Made by a program: the position numbers and the translations under genes. Shown here piece after piece: positions 61,659 through 64,000 of a stretch of 64,000 bases of DNA. The stretch lies in contig CDRNVI010000184.1 of NCBI GenBank assembly GCA_977017575.1, positions 1-64,000 on the forward strand. The letters run 5' to 3'. The notes under the pieces were generated by a model. It had not been told where the DNA came from and ran no database searches. It was given only the letters and a program-made list of their open reading frames with translations. Position 1 is the stretch's first letter, and every line of letters starts with the position of its first letter. The stretch comes from Paramoeba atlantica (lineage: Eukaryota > Protista > Discosea).

Positions 61659-62520
61659 AATTGTGGCATAATGGCTTAGTTGGTAAAACAGCTATTGCTT
61701 CAATTCAGGGTTGCAGGTTCAAATCTCAAAGAGGAAAATATTAAAAATATTATTTTTTCTTCTTGTTCACTTGAATGTGAAAAATAGAACAGGTTATTCT
61801 CTGCTCTATTTGCTAAAAAGCAGAGAATAAATTCCCTGAGAAGGAGTTTAAGTGAATTAAAGGTCTTTGAGTTGGTGCCTGTAGTTTAGTCATAAATTCA
61901 ACTATGTCCAACCCTGGGGGGGCGAGTTCAAATTCTAGTTTTTCAATATTATGGAAAATTTTTCTGGTACTGTAGAGTGATTTGATTGGAGTGAAGAGCT
62001 TTTGAAGAAGTGTGAAAATCAAAACAGATTACATCTTAGCCCTATCTGCTAAAAAGTTGAGGATAAATTCCTTTATAAGGAGCTTTGAATTATTCTCTCT
62101 TCTGATGTGCATTCTCCAGCCTGAACTTGCAGAAGTTCTAAAGTTCAGTATAAAGACTGACTGAACTAAGCTGAAGTTTAAAACTTCATCTCTCGTTAGA
62201 AGTTAAAAACAAACTAAATTTAATGTAATTCAAATGGCTTAAATTAAGAACTACTAATTGAATAAAGTTTGCCTCAAAAAGAAAAAAAAAAGAATTAAAG
62301 GTCTTTAAACCATTTGAACCTAAAGAGGTGAAACTCTATCCTCATTATTTTTAACCTTAAAAAATTAGTGGCTTTGGGTTAAGTTATCACCTAATAAAGT
62401 CTAGTGTTAAAAAGAAAAAAAAGAGGTGAAATTCTATCTTCATTATCTTTAACTTTAAAAAATTAGTGGCTTTGGGTTAGACTATCACCTAATAAAGTCC
62501 AGTGTTAAAAAGAAAAAAAG
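61659..62520 (+). mobile_element. tRNA-derived SINE A, copy 4, with a nested insert and a duplicated 3' end
   Basis: The body breaks at 61868 and resumes at 62292; the 3' ~100 bp occur twice; flanks aaaaaagtgacagagtga / aaaaaagtgacaaagtga. Confidence 0.8.
61869..62291 (+). mobile_element. Second SINE-like element (SINE B) nested in SINE A
   Basis: Exact 15-bp TSD gaattaaaggtcttt (61854-61868 and 62292-62306); 5' tagtttagtc and gagttcaaattc (A/B-box-like); AATAAA plus A tail. Confidence 0.7.
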
Positions 62521-62612
62521 TGACAAAGTGAGAAACTTTAGAGGTGTTCCTCTCCCATCTTCCTCCACTGGTGTCCCTTCCTCCTCCTCCTCCACTGGTG
62601 TCCCTCCCCCTT

Positions 62613-62933
62613 CTTCTTTTTAACACTGAACTTTATTAGATGATGGCCTAACCCAAAGCCACTAATTTTTTAAGATTAAAGATAACTAGGATAGAGTTTC
62701 ACCTCTTTAGGTTCAAATGGTCTAAAGACCTTTAATTCACTCAAACTCCTTCTCAGGGAATTTATTCTCTGCTTTTTAGCAGACAGGGCAGAGAATAATC
62801 TGTTTTGTTTTTCACATTCAAGTGAGCAGGAAAAGAAAATAATATTTTTAATATTTTCCTCTTTGGGATTTGAACCTGCAACCCTGAATTGAAGCAATAG
62901 CTGTTTTACTAACTAAGCCATCATGCCACAATT
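62613..62933 (-). mobile_element. tRNA-derived SINE A, copy 5
   Basis: Reverse complement of the SINE A body; TSD-like gtccctcccccttc / gttcctctcccttc. Confidence 0.85.
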
Positions 62934-63160
62934 GTTCCTCTCCCTTCTTCCTCCACTGGTGTCCAAAGTGTCCTTCCCTCTGAAGATGTCTTTGATAAAG
63001 TTCCTAGATCACAAGCCAAAATAGCAATCCAGAAAAAGAACATCACCAGCCTGCAAAACTAAAAAAACACTACCTCTTTTAGTAATTCAGACAAACATGA
63101 ATTTTTAACTTTTTCATTCAGTTCTCATTCTAGCAATGGCCAAAGAATTGTTGATTCCCC

Positions 63161-63482
63161 TTTTTCTTTTTAACACTGGACTTTATTAAGTAATGACCTA
63201 ACCCAAAGCCACTAATTTTTTAAAGTTAAAAATAACAAGGATAGAATTTCACTTCTTTAGGTTCAAATGGTCTAAAGACCTTTAATTCACTTAAACTCCT
63301 TCTCAGGGAATTTATTCTCTGCTTTTTAGTAAACAGGGCAAAGAATAATCTGTTTTGTTTTTCACATTCAAGTGAGCAGGAAGAGAAAATAATGTTTTAA
63401 TATTTTCTTCTTTAGGATTTGAACCTACAACCCTGAATTGAAGCAATAGCTGTTTTATCAACTAAGCCATCATACCACAATT
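63161..63482 (-). mobile_element. tRNA-derived SINE A, copy 6
   Basis: Reverse complement of the SINE A body; TSD aattg(t/c)tgattcccc; empty site in the paralog near 56545-56575. Confidence 0.85.
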
Positions 63483-64000
63483 AAATTGCTGATTCCCCCT
63501 TTTCCTCTTGATTTCAAGATGCTGACCTTGATGGAAGCCCAAAATTGTCTCCTGATGACCCTCAGGGAAGCTTCTCTATTGTTTAAAAGGAAAAAAAAGA
63601 AAAGTTTAAAGAAAAAAGAAAAAAAAAAAAAAAAAAAAAAAAAACAGAAAAAAAAGAAAAAAAGTCAAAAGAAAGTTCTAAGTCAGAAGTTAATTAAAAA
63701 AAAGGAAAGAAATACCAAAAAATAGAACAAAAGATGGTGAATAAAAAGAAAAAAAAAGGAAAAAAGAATAATCAAAATATCAGAAAATATGGACTCTTTC
63801 AACCCCTCTCCCTAAGATCTAATGTTCAACTTCAACCCTCTCCTTTAACAATTGTTAACAAATCCCAACTAATCTCTCAACTCTTCAATCCCCCCACCTC
63901 CCTCAACTCCCCTTTCCCCCAAGAGAAACTGTGTGATTCTCAAATCCTTGCTCTGGAATCCAATCCCCCTGAGTTACCACAAATTTGTTATTTTTCTCAG

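Larger units (their letters stand above)
59620..64000 (+). mobile_element. LINE 5' half (ORF1 with CCHC knuckle, acidic/basic tail, lead-in to APE), interrupted by four SINE A copies; continues beyond the window
   Basis: ORFs 59757-60452 and 60453-61016 are in one frame separated by a single TGA; VECSLCGVNHLVSLTC knuckle. The end of the window matches the sequence just upstream of LKVLSWN in the inverted copy. Confidence 0.75.

Overview
AT-rich eukaryotic DNA, probably from a protist (spliceosomal GT-AG introns filled with polypyrimidine tracts; the species cannot be determined from sequence alone). Most ORFs in the supplied track are artefacts of poly(A/G) or poly(T/C) runs. The window is a repeat-rich, largely silenced region. 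Host-like content: one 5S rRNA gene plus a 5' fragment of it, one intact ADF/cofilin gene plus a pseudogene copy, up to four copies of a PB1/coiled-coil gene, and two copies of an LRR gene built from ~72-nt phase-2 exons. Mobile content: a 480-codon tyrosine recombinase frame broken only by TGA codons, a near-complete decayed Ty3/gypsy element, copia/gypsy/gag remnants, an L1-like LINE family with a C-terminal archaeal-type RNase H, six copies of a tRNA-derived SINE (one carrying a nested second SINE), a CACTA-like MITE abutting a foldback element, and a ~50-bp hairpin family. Two satellite arrays share a ~190-bp monomer but have different higher-order periods (381 and 577 bp); each follows the same leader and a (TTTTCCAA)n tract. 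Two themes stand out. (1) Pervasive CpG deamination (CGA>TGA, CGA>CAA) inactivates duplicated host genes as well as transposons, a MIP/RIP-like signature. (2) The recombinase sits next to a conserved 17-bp site with a cargo-like gene behind it, suggesting a large cargo-carrying YR element. Both interpretations are inferences; coordinates were read by eye and boundaries are approximate unless stated.
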